A stretch of DNA of 63,873 nt, filler included, from Intoshia linei (lineage: Eukaryota; Animalia; Orthonectida), in the NCBI GenBank assembly GCA_001642005.1. It is 6 parts of 6 records of this genome, joined end to end, with 100 filler letters (N's around TTAATTAATTAA, not from the genome) between each part and the next. Parts side by side here need not be neighbours in the genome. Positions count along the whole stretch, not along the records: positions 1 to 17,815 come from LWCA01000826.1; positions 17,916 to 41,165 come from LWCA01000566.1; 4 more parts are not named here. One strand, written 5' to 3'. The notes beneath the pieces are model-generated. The model saw nothing but the letters and a program-made list of their open reading frames with translations, ran no database searches and was not told where the DNA came from. Position numbers and translations under genes: made by a program. This document shows, piece by piece, positions 14,296 through 26,200 of the stretch. Positions within the stretch are counted from its first letter, which is position 1. Every line of letters begins with the position of its first letter.

Positions 14296-15039
14296 TTGAA
14301 GAAAGAAAGTAGGCATTTAACGGCATTTAGTTCTCCATTCGGTTTTTTTCAATACAAAAGAGTACCGTTTGGATTAGCATCTGCTCCAGCTACATTTCAA
14401 GCCATAATGGATAAAATTTTAAGAGATATTGATGGTGTGTCATGTATGTTGGATGATATTTTAATTTATGGTAAGTCAACTAAAGAATACGATAACTCAT
14501 TGAAATTAGTGTTAGTAAGGCTTAAATCACATAATGTTATTTTAAACTCAAAAAAATGTAGCTTACGCCAGAAAGAGTTTGTCGTACTAGGTATGGTTTT
14601 AAATAAGGACGGATATCATGCTGAAGATGAAAAAATTAAAGCATTGAGAGAATTATCTGTTCCAACAAATATATCTAAGCTGCGAAGCTTTCTAGGAATG
14701 GCTACTTATTACTCAAATTTTTTAAAAATTTGTATTTCTTTATATGATCTTACTTATGAAAATGAGTTAATTGAATGGACTACGAAACATCAAAAAGTTT
14801 TTGATGAAGTAAAAGATAAAATCTTACAACAAGTTATAATCTTTACATTTGATCCCGACGCTGAAACAATTGCACAAATTAATGCTTCCAATGAGGGTAT
14901 TGGAGCAGTTTTAATACAAAAACAGAATGGAAATGAAGTAACATTAGCATTTTATTCCTCACGTTTATCCCAAACGGAAGTAAATTATTCCACTGAAGAA
15001 AAAGAGACATTGACTTGTGTTATGGCAATTAAGAAATAG
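14296..15039 (+). mobile_element. Ty3/gypsy reverse transcriptase-RNase H fragment
   Basis: TAFSSPFGFFQYKRVPFGLASAPATFQ, CMLDDILIYG, LRSFLGMATYY, NASNEGIGAVLIQ, NYSTEEKE; truncated, no LTRs seen. Confidence 0.92.
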
Positions 15040-16854
15040 CATATGTATATGTATATATATGTATGTATATGGCCGTTGGATAACCCAGAGATAAACTAGA
15101 TATTCAACAGAAAACAGTAGCTACGAACATAAACAAAATCTAATAATTGAGAAGTATAAATATATGATTTGTTGAAATAATCTTTGGTATTTGAAATAAA
15201 ACACATTGCGAAATGAATGCTAACATTCAATTATTAATCGAAATATTTAAAAAATATTGGTTGATAATATATTAAAAATTATTTTTTAACGGGAATGCGT
15301 AAATTTTTAAGGTTGAAATTTTGTATTTATATCAACTGGAATAAGTTCTAAGCTCTTTTTTAATTTAATTTTCGGACCGTTAATTATTTCACATTTTTCG
15401 TTTTACATATATATTTCTTTATTATATTTGTTAATAAAATATTTCGAGAAAAAAATACATGAATACAAAAAAGCTTTTTTGACCGTGAAGTCGTCACTTA
15501 TTCAGATTGAAATTTTTTAATTTAATTATTTAATTTACAATTTACAGTATAATTAAACTATAGAAAATTAAATGTAAAATAAAATAATTTTAATAATTCT
15601 CAGTTATCGTTCACTTTTTTTTAATCGCCCTTAAACATTCTCACCCCACCTAGGGGCCATATCGACTACTTTGGAACCACTCGTCTAATATAAGGTGGGT
15701 AGTAGAGGGCAAATAATGCACAATGTCTACTAAACACATTGTACTTAGTAAAAAGATCTATGGTGATGATAATATAATAAAAGATTATGATAGAAACACT
15801 ATTTTTGCATCAAAAATCATACGTAAATTTCTTAAATTTACTTTTAAAGTTTATCAAGCAATAGAAATTGATAGCACTAACAAAATATATATTGTATGCT
15901 TGAATGATTTATATTTGTATGATGCAAAATTAGATGAATTAAAAATATTTATAACGAATATTTTAGAATATGATTCTAATTTTTTGGTTATAATATTGTC
16001 AGATAATACGAAAATTTTTGTATCGCAAAATAGGCAAATTATAAACACAAAATCGAACGAAAATCTAGAATAGTTTCATTCTTATCAAGTGATCATAAAA
16101 AAAGTTTATACCCTAAGACATCGAGTTTTGATACAATATAAGGTATTTTGAAGTGTTTATAATATATTGTATATAAATTCTAAATAATTAATTATTTAAT
16201 TTTTATAGTGATTCTCAAATATTTCTTTCATAACACCTTTAATAGACAATTTTCTATTCACGGCGCCCCTAATTTCATTCAAGAATCAGATAATTTTTTA
16301 AATATGACGAATTTATAATATTTTCGATGAATATAATTAAATTTATTTGTTTTTTTGATTGACTTCAATATATGAATACATCAAATTATTTGGTTTATCA
16401 GTAAAAAATAAATAAATCAATCGCATGAAATGTTATGCTATTGCTCAAAATAAATGTAAAATAATATTGATTAACTAATAATTATAATTTTCGAATACCA
16501 ATTATTATATATAAGATCAATTTAAAAACTACCAAATTTATATTTATTATTAATAAGATTTCTGTTTTCCAAATTATTATTAACACTATGCGTGTGGTAA
16601 CATTTGAAATTTNATCAAATTATCTGGTTTATCAGTTAAAAATAATTAAATCAATCGCATGAAATGTTATGCTATTGCTCAAAATAAATGTAAAATAATA
16701 TTGATTAACTAATAATTATAATTTTCGAATATCAATTATTAGTTATAGGATCAATTTGAAAACTAACAAATTTATATTTTAAATATTTATTATTAATAAG
16801 ATTTCTGTTTTCCAAATTATTATTAACACTATGCGTGTAATAACATTTGAAATT

Positions 16855-17028
16855 TGTGAGAAACACCTGAAACAAATTTGGGAACCACTCCTTTAAAAAA
16901 TTGATAATAGTGAATAGTTGGATTTTTAAGTTAGATTTTCAACATGAATTTATTTTTTTGGTATAATAAAAATTTGCCTTCAGCAGAGCTAGGTGCTGTT
17001 TGTACGTAGTACATAACAGTCAAGCTAG
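16855..17028 (+). mobile_element. Helitron family 3' end (second copy 17417-17549)
   Basis: GCAGAGCTAGGTGCTGTTTGTACGTAGTACATAACAGTCAAGCTAG^T terminus. Confidence 0.75.
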
Positions 17029-17815
17029 TATTATATAAGTTAGGATTACATTAAATTATTATACTTTAAACACAAATTAATTCTAATATTTAATTTTAGA
17101 ATCAAGGAACATTATTAAATTATTTGAAATGTGTGCTAATCTCATGTCAGAGTTATAAATACGAGTTAATTATTAGTAATACAAGCTATCGTCAATTCAA
17201 AACATTAAAATTATCAGATAAATTTTTGATAATATTTTATCATGTATTTGCATATCATACAATATTATTAATATCTAATAATTGTTACGTTGAATTTTCT
17301 TTTGATAATGGTGATTCTTTTAAATATTTAGGATTTACTAAAAATCAGTGCATATCTAATTTTGAAACATTTCATGAATTGGGAATATCGTCAATTAGAG
17401 TTTTCAGTAAATCANTAGTGAATAGTAGGATTTTTAAGTTAGATTTTCAACATGAATTTATTTTTGATATAATGATAAATATGGTAAATAAAATGTGCCC
17501 TCGGCAGAGCTAGGTGCTGTTTATACGTAGTACATAACAGTCAAGCTAGTATTATATAAGTTAGGATTACATTAAATTATTATACTTTAAACACAAATTA
17601 TTCTAATATTTATTTTTAGAATCGTAGAAGATTTTTAAATTGTTGGAAATGTTTGTTAATCTCATGTCACGATAAATACGAGTTTATTATTAGTAATACA
17701 AGCTATCGTCAATTCAAAACACTAAAAGTATCAGAAAAATTTTTGATAATATTTCATCATGTGCATATCATACAATATTATTAATATCTAATAATTGTTA
17801 CGTTGAATTTTCTTT

Positions 17816-17915
17816 NNNNNNNNNNNNNNNNNNNNNNNNNNNNNNNNNNNNNNNNNNNNTTAATTAATTAANNNNNNNNNNNNNNNNNNNNNNNNNNNNN
17901 NNNNNNNNNNNNNNN
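17816..17915. other. Artificial contig spacer
   Basis: N44-TTAATTAATTAA-N44; the linker has stop codons in all six frames. Identical spacers at 41166-41265, 58274-58373, 60801-60900, 61972-62071. Confidence 0.97.
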
Positions 17916-19235
17916 GATATAAAGATGACGAAGGAATTGAAAATGATTTATCTGATATTGATTACGTAATTTTACCCAATAAACTTAAATCACAGGATAT
18001 TGGCAGAGTTGCATTGATGAAAAATACCTCTGTGATGAAAGCCGTAATTATTGTAGCTAAAGGAAATCAAAATTGCAGAGTTCCTACAATGTTGGAGTTT
18101 ATAAATCACAACCAAGAGATTTATAAAAAGTGAAAGGTAACTTCATATTATTATATTGGGCACCTGCATGGTTCACTTCACGTTTTAAAAAAAAAGCCCT
18201 TGGTGTGAATTAGAAGTTTTCCTACAATCTCATCATTATTTCAAAGCTTACAATTGTATAATGAGACATTGGACGAAGAAGGAACACCCATTTGATATAG
18301 CAGATACAATTGAAATTGCCGAAAGAAGTTTGGCCACTATGGGTAGCTGCATCAATAGTGTTAAGAGTGACACTATGTTGAAGTTCAATTCCATTTATGA
18401 TAACAATTAAAGTATAACTTTTTACCGTTTTTTTTAATTTTATGATTATACTGACTGATATACTCACATCTTTGCTTTCATCATCATCTCTTCTTGCATT
18501 GTAGCAATAACACAATTTTCTATTTTTTTAGATTTCAGATAAAATATTTTGTCAAATGTTTCATAAAGCTCACTTTTACTTCGATCAAAAAGCTTAATTT
18601 TTTCATTTGCATACTAATTTCATGATATTTTCCACTAGTTCGATTCATGTCATTTATCCGAACAGAATCTATACATACCAAACATGATGATTGGTATATC
18701 AAACAGCAATATTTATCGTCTATATATTTTTGAATATAATAAGAGTTTTGACAGCATAAATTGAAGAATAGTATATAAATTAATGTATTATTAATCGAAG
18801 AAATGTATGTAAATATTGTAACAACATGAAAATAATAAAATTCCAGCCATTCTAGGGCTACAGGTACACAAATAGTGATGGAAACTTACTAATTTTTACT
18901 GAAATTAACTTTATTTTTATTTTTTAGAAAATTGTTGATAAATGACAAATGCGCGAGGTTTATTTTTAACGAAATTAAAAAAATTTTTTACCATTTTTTT
19001 CAGCATAGCAAAAAACCCAGATGTTGAAATATACTTTTTTTTTAATTGACAAAAGTAGTAAAAGTTAACACTTTAGTGCAGAGCCTGCAACGCATATCAT
19101 GTATTTAAATTGAAATTTTTATATTATTTTTTCTAGTTTTTTATACAAAATTATTAAATGTTGAACATTCAACTGTTGAGTTGTTCAACTAGATCAAAAT
19201 CGACATTTTCTAACAAAATTTATAAATGAAAAAAC

Positions 19236-20066
19236 CTTTCCACTAAGTGAAACTCCTTTAACTACACAGAAACTAGTAACAATCTAGACAAGAAAAAGAC
19301 AACCAAGCAGTTTCCAATTGACAGTACTCGTTGCTGAAAGTGAGTCACTTTGAATTAAGACAGTATTTATAATCAAAATAATAAACTGATAAAAAAACTA
19401 TACTGCCAATAATTCAAACTAGCATTAAATGAAGAGGTATAATTATTAGCTGCAACGGCCCACGGTAATGTGCTCGAAAAAGAAGCAATAAAATAATACA
19501 GAACCCATGCCATAATTACATTATAATAAATGCAAATAATAGTAGAAGTCATGATCAAACCATATCCGACACCTTAAAGTAGGATATATTATATAAAAAT
19601 TATCAAATTTCAAAACGAAAAAAACATACCTCGAAAAATTGGCGATGTTCTCCACACTTTAATCTGTAAAAAAAAAAATAAATAAAACAATATAGTTAAC
19701 CTTTAGTCTAAATAAACAAAAATTACAGGTGAGTTGCTAGAAAATTGTCCAAACGATATTTCTAATAAAAACATTGGAATTCTACACACTAAGGCAACAA
19801 AAATAAGGAATGCAGCTAAGTTTAAATTTGAAAAAGAGAAATAAAAATATAATCAAACCTCATCCATTTTCATAGCATATCTATGAAAATCTCCAGATAT
19901 TACCCAAACCAACAGCATATCCGATACAGGAAAACAAGAATTCAAACCTACTACCCCAGCTTTATCTGGTATATTCAGAACTAGAATCAGTTTCTAAACT
20001 ACCCTCTTTGTTGACTCCACTACTCTCAGAATTTTTAGTTATAAGCGACTTCAACTGTATTTTCAT
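19236..20066 (-). pseudogene. SLC6 sodium:neurotransmitter symporter pseudogene (N-terminal half)
   Basis: [84 protein letters not shown]; at least four in-frame stops; introns retained; later exons not found. Confidence 0.88.
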
Positions 20067-20955
20067 AATTCCAATATAAATTTATACCAATATTTAAATA
20101 TTTACAAAGGTTATATTAATTAATTCAACAAGAAATTCAAAATCATACTGTAACATGATAAAATTTATTGAATTGGAACATGGTAACGATAAAGTGTGTT
20201 TCGCTAATCAAAAACATTTCAATTTTAATGCAATTAAGATTCAAATTTATTTAAATCAGTAAATTTGTAAATGTTTTTCCAATCGTAAAGTTTGAAATTG
20301 TTTCGTTTAATTTTAAACAGTTCCAAAAAATTTCCAATTATTCCTCGACTAAATAAATATATATTATGAAATTTTGAAATTAAAATACTACTGTATTAAT
20401 TCGTTTTTATTTTCGTATACAATATTAACGAATTGTACACGGAATTATATTTTACAGTTGAGTTTCATGCAGGAATTATCAATATACAAATTATACACTG
20501 AAAATAGAAAGTACGATTAGGTGAAAAATACACAAAATTACCCAAAAAATAGTACAGAGTACTTTTTCTAACGTACAAAATTCCTCATTAACGGAATTTT
20601 TTATAAATACTGTACACATTAAAACAGTGGTCCCCGATTGGGGTCCAAAATTATATGTCTGGGTCCGTGAGATTCAAATAAAATAAAGAAACATTTTCAT
20701 CAACTTTTATTTATTCATATAGGAGAATTTTTAATATTTATAACAGTTTCTAAATGTTGATTATCCTAAACTTTAGGACCTAAAGCCTAGAGGACTGCTA
20801 CATTATTATTTCAAAAATCTCATGTTTATCACACCATTAATAAAATTTAATAATATTAATAATGATATCAATTCTAGAGGCAAGACTAATAATAATTCGT
20901 CTTTTTTTTCATTATTTTGCATATTATATTAACACCATGCGTATTATATACTTCA

Positions 20956-21700
20956 CTAGGCTGACTGTTATGTACTACGTATAAACAGCACCTAGCTCTG
21001 CCGAGTGCACATTTTTATTATACCAAAAAAATAAATTCACGTTTAAAATCTAACTTAAAAATCCTACTATTCACTATTATCAATCCTCGAAAGGAGTGAT
21101 TTCCAAACTTGTTTCAAATGGAACCATCATATCACATTACTTTTTACTTTAAAGTGAATTATTCCATCTTAATTTTTTATTTGTTAACATTTGCGTAAAG
21201 AATTTTAAAAACAATTTTTATCCCATTTTTTTAATTAAACAGAATGTGTGTATAATATCTTTTATTTATTACAATGTTGTAAAATTAACCCGAAATGTAT
21301 TTTAAAAATACTGATTCCGTTAATTATTGATACAAAATCAATATTTTTTACTCATCGAAAGCAGATACTGAATATACTGGTTTATTTATAATTTTATTTT
21401 TTATGAAATTTAAGGTATTAATGAAAATTTTTAGGATTGTACTATTTATACTTTATTTTTAAGATACACTTATTCTCTCTAATAAATTAAAAAAATGGGA
21501 ACAATTCACTTTAAATTAGAATTTAATGTTAAATGACGGGTCCAAAGGTGAAAAAAGTTTAGGAACAACGCCTCTAAAGGATTGATAATAGTAAATGTAG
21601 CATTTTTAAGATTTTATTATTGAATTTATATTGTTTGTACAATTAAAAAAGTCTGGCAGAGCTAGGATGCTGTTTGTACGAAGTACATAAGTCAAGCTAG
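20956..21700. mobile_element. Two Helitron 3' portions in inverted orientation
   Basis: Minus-strand CTAG terminus at 20956 (to about 21258) abuts a plus-strand diverged copy ending CTAG^T at 21700. Confidence 0.7.
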
Positions 21701-22279
21701 TGAAATTTTAAAATAATTTGAAACGTACTTGTATATTGAATCGGGTAATTTACAAAACATTCTTTTGTCGAAACCAGGATATCTTTTAAAGTTTATTAAT
21801 TCGTTCATAGTGATACCCAAAACTATTCTCTAAATTTTTTTGAATTATTTATATTTTAATTATAATACATTGCTCAAATACAATATAATTACGCCCAGAA
21901 AAATAAAAATTAATCAAAATTTTAAATCGTTTATACAAATTATATAATTTTACAAATCAATTCATTTTGAACACGGGTCCTACAACTAGTGCTTGCTTTC
22001 GATAATTTTTGTCTATAACATTATGATGAATTTAAATATTCTTAAATTTAAAATTATATTTTAAAGATTTCAAAAATGTAGTTTGTTATATGAATACAAA
22101 AATAAAACCTTCAAAGAATAATGATTTTTAATTGTCGTTAACAAATTTAACAATGTAAAAAAAAATTCAGTTATTAGTAATAACTTATTACAATAAAAAA
22201 ACTGCATTAAATTTTACGGTAAATCAATTCAATTGTATGATTTAATTTATGAATTTGGTATTAGATTGTTACTCTTTAA

Positions 22280-22850
22280 GATGGCGCTACGTTCGACGAA
22301 AATTTACAGGACTATTTTAATCGAGAAAACGGAAAGGCGAAATACTCTATTTGTCGTAAAATGATGGATTATAAAAATTCTTCTACCCCTAGTTTACATC
22401 GTCACTTAAAAGGCGGACATTCTATTATCAAATTATGGGGTGAACCTTTCAATAAAAAAACAAACAAAAAATCCCAAAATAACAGTGTATATAAAAAAGA
22501 TGATAGCCTCGAAAGAGTTAATATGGATGAAATCATAATTGATTGCGTACGATGGACTAATCATAAATCAAGTTACCCGATCAAATTTTATTTGAAAAAA
22601 TTTAAGACCAATCGGCTTGCCTAAATCTCAAAATTGTGTCATGAATCTTGTAAATACAGATACTTTGAAAAAATTAGAAGACAAATAATTAAAAAGATTT
22701 TCACTTTAAAAAGTGAGAAAACAACATTTGTGAAGAATTGTCAAGAATTTTTTGTGACTACATGGTGCATATTTTCAAATGAAAAAGTAAACTTTGTTCA
22801 TTATAAAGTAAGTTTTTGTAAAAGAAATAAAAGTTACTAGAAACCTACAT
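22280..22850 (+). mobile_element. Degraded BED-zinc-finger (hAT) transposase 5' remnant
   Basis: KAKYSICRKMMDYKNSSTPSLHRHLKGGH resembles a BED finger (C..ST..L.RHL...H); frameshifted downstream. Confidence 0.55.
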
Positions 22851-23299
22851 AATATCTTTTAATGCCTTTATTAATACTCAATGAAATAAAACTCTAAGTC
22901 TCCAACCAACGGTATGCCCTGTTTTCTAAAAAGGGGCCCTAAATTTTTTTATCGCTTCGTCCAAAACGTTAAAGGGCCTCCGGTCCTTTGCTTAACCCAG
23001 GGCCACGAAGTGGCTTAAGAGGGCTCTGAACATAATTATTATTATTTGAAAATTTTATTAAAAGTAAAACAAACTAATTCATAAATCATGACTCATTAGG
23101 GGTGTCAATTATGCGACCCTATTATAAATTTTTATATTTATAACAAAATGTTTTACATATTTCTATTTTTACTTATTTCATATATTTTCCTTAATTTATG
23201 TAGTCATGATTACAATTTTAAGACAATATTTGTTGTGGGGCCAGAGTAATAATTTTTTGATAAGATCAGTCTGACACCCTTGGGTTATACCCATCTATT

Positions 23300-26200
23300 T
23301 TAAATTTTAATTGTTAAAATATCCATTTTAAAAATTACGTCAAAAGTAAATAACAGGCACATTGGAAAAATACACGATAAAGGAATTATAGCCAAGATTA
23401 CTAGAAAAGTACACCATGGCATTCTGTTGAACATTAATGCAATACTAATAGATTCAAATCCAAATTCTGCACTCAAGGTTGCATAAATATCTAAATAAAA
23501 AAACAAGTAGAATAATGTATAATATTTCAATTCCAGAATTTTTCATCAAGGTTTAGTTTTGGTTAAAATTATTAGGACAGAAAAGATTAAAAATTTCTAG
23601 AGTTCACGAGACTTTAAAGTGGTTCCAGGCAACATGATTTTAGTATCGAATAAAAAAATAAGGCATACGTTTTTGGAGAATGCGCAGATTAATTACTTCT
23701 ATAATTGACATAAATATCATGACAAAGAAAAATTGAATCTGATTGTTATATCCTAAATTAAAATGTATCAAAATCAATATTTAAATTATAAAAAAATAGT
23801 GATGGTAAAGCATAACCATTTTTTGTTGATCAATTTTGAGTAAAAAAATGGAAATTAATGAATAAATGATTCTCTAATTCACCTATGCATCGGTTGAACC
23901 AGCCACAATGATGATCGAACAAATATACACAATGATTGCATATAAAACAATGTTTAGAACGTAAAGGTTTCAACATCAGACAAGTTTCACAGAATCGGTT
24001 CATGTCATATATATTGTATTCAAAAATATCAATAACTGTCTAAATTTGCACTAATTAAAAACGTATCATTAAATCTAATTCATTTAATTAATTAAAAGAT
24101 CAGTACGTTATATAAAAATAAATGATTACATTACATAAAATGTTTGTGTCGATAAATTTATTTACAAATGGTGTTTTGGCGACTCCTGGGTCTTTGTATT
24201 TAATCAAAATACAATGGTAATAGAATATTAAGGTTACAGCCGACAAAATCAATCCTTCCCACAGTGATAAAACTAAATAAAAATGTAAATGCTTTCACAA
24301 TTATTTTTATTTTTAACTAAATTTAATTAAAATTAAATACCATAAATCATGCTATGAAATAGTGTCCCATAATGTAACAAAGTCATTATGAAAAACATGT
24401 AAATTTGAGTATTGAATGCCACATAGATTATGTCTTTACAGACATAACTAAATCACAATTAATTGATAGTTTTTACTACATTATGATAAAACTTATTATT
24501 ACTAAAAAATTCAAGATTTTTTCTCATAAAATTTGGAAAATAGTGTTTCAAAAAAAATAGGAATTTTCTCATCTGGTTTGGTAAAATCGGATTTTTCAAA
24601 AAAATATCAGTAAAAGTCGATTTTTCTCTTAGGGTTTAAAATAATATTTTTTATTAAATTGTATTAATGGTGGGATAAAAGTGGGATTCTTTGAATAACA
24701 ATGTAGCGGTCGTATAGGATTTGGAATAAATTTATAAATAAATATACAAAATTCTCTTAAAAAAATAAACAAAAGTTGATAAAAATTTTTTGATATTTCA
24801 TTTGAATCTCACGGACCCAAACATATAGTTTTGGACACAATTCTAGGAATCCCAATTGGGAACCACTGGTTTAAAATTATAAATTAACACAAAATTGACA
24901 GTAACGAACATTCATTGAAGTACATAATATACCTACCGAAAATAATAGTACATTCCACCAAGAACAAGAAAAACAAAACCAAATTTTAACAATAGTGGTA
25001 TGTTTAAAATCGATAAAATTCCTGGAAATGCAATTATCGTGAATGCTAATAAGACCAATCGTAGTACTCCAAAAAACTAAATTTTTATAAATAATATAAT
25101 ACTAATATAATAAACAATAGTTTATAAACATTTTTATTTAAATTTAAAATTAATGAACACATAATTTAGATGTGAAAGTAGTGGTTCTCAACAATTTCTA
25201 ACCAAAAATATTCAAATTTTTTTTTCACGCATGTTAAGAATCATTGTATTTGAATCTGATTTATTTTGAGATTTGATTAAGTTATGATTTTGCAGCAATT
25301 TATGTTTTTATAAATTCAGTTCTAGCTCATATTTTGAGTTCTAATGATGGTTGAATTCCTCATAAATTATGAGTTATAATTAACCCCATAAAAACTATAG
25401 ATAACTCTCAAAATGAATTTTCTAAAAACTACAATAAATTAGCTAGAAGTAAATTTAAAAAAACTAAAATGTACAAAAAAACATTGTAAAACCACCAAAG
25501 ACATCAGAGACATAGCAACAATCAAAACCAAAGCACTGTAATTGTTAGAACAATACATTGTCAGATGTCACGACATTGTATCTATGGGTCATTAATTTTT
25601 TAATTCATAATGATTTTATGAATTTATAATCTTGCAAAGACAATATCGACTTAAAAAGTTTCAACAGACGACTTACCTTCATACAAAAATAATATAAACA
25701 ATTTAAAAAAAGTTAAATATTACATTAATCAGTTTATAATTTTGTTGGCTATATTGTGAAATAAAATTGGATTTCGACGCTGTTTCGCGTGCGGAAATGT
25801 TCTAAAATTAAAAAAATAATATACAAATAAATATGTCACTTATAAATGGTTAACCGCTGACGCAATTATTTAAAACTGATAAATGTCAGTATCAAAAAAT
25901 GTTAGAACCCAAAAGAAACTACAATTAAAATTTAAATTAATTATTAACTCTAAAATGCATCATACCAATGTAAAATTGTACATGAATACTGCAAGTTTTA
26001 ATTTTAATTTATATACAATTAAAAATAATGCTCCAGTTACAATTAAATTTCACCTGAACGAAAATTACTCGCAATTAAAACAAGAAATAAAGTAAACCGA
26101 ATCATCACATTGATCGATACAATTCGGATAAATACTCAAATGATCATTAAGGGAAAAAGAGTTTTTGCATTCGACCGCAATATGCACTGCACATTTTCCT

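Larger units (their letters stand above)
13272..17815 (+). pseudogene. Disrupted and duplicated secreted protein gene(s), possibly Asp-box beta-propeller
   Basis: Signal peptide MKIIWVLAILIYVNA; segment about 13610-14213 repeated at about 15722-16287 (copy 1 has a frame-breaking AT-rich insert near 13760, copy 2 has TAG for TGG at 16071); a downstream exon with Asp-box FSFDNGDSF starts near 17100 and is repeated from 17620, truncated at the gap. Confidence 0.5.

Noticed and set aside
17860-17871. Palindromic TTAATTAATTAA recurring five times
   Set aside because: Always centred in a 100-nt N block; an artificial six-frame-stop linker, not biology.
17916-18515. Protein-like short ORFs after the first gap
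   Set aside because: No recognisable motif or consistent splice structure; probably transposon debris.
19855-19970. Possible stop-codon reassignment in the SLC6 gene
   Set aside because: Stops replace unrelated residues (TAG at Tyr and at Trp, TGA at Gly) and neighbouring intact genes end in TAA/TAG normally; pseudogenisation is simpler.
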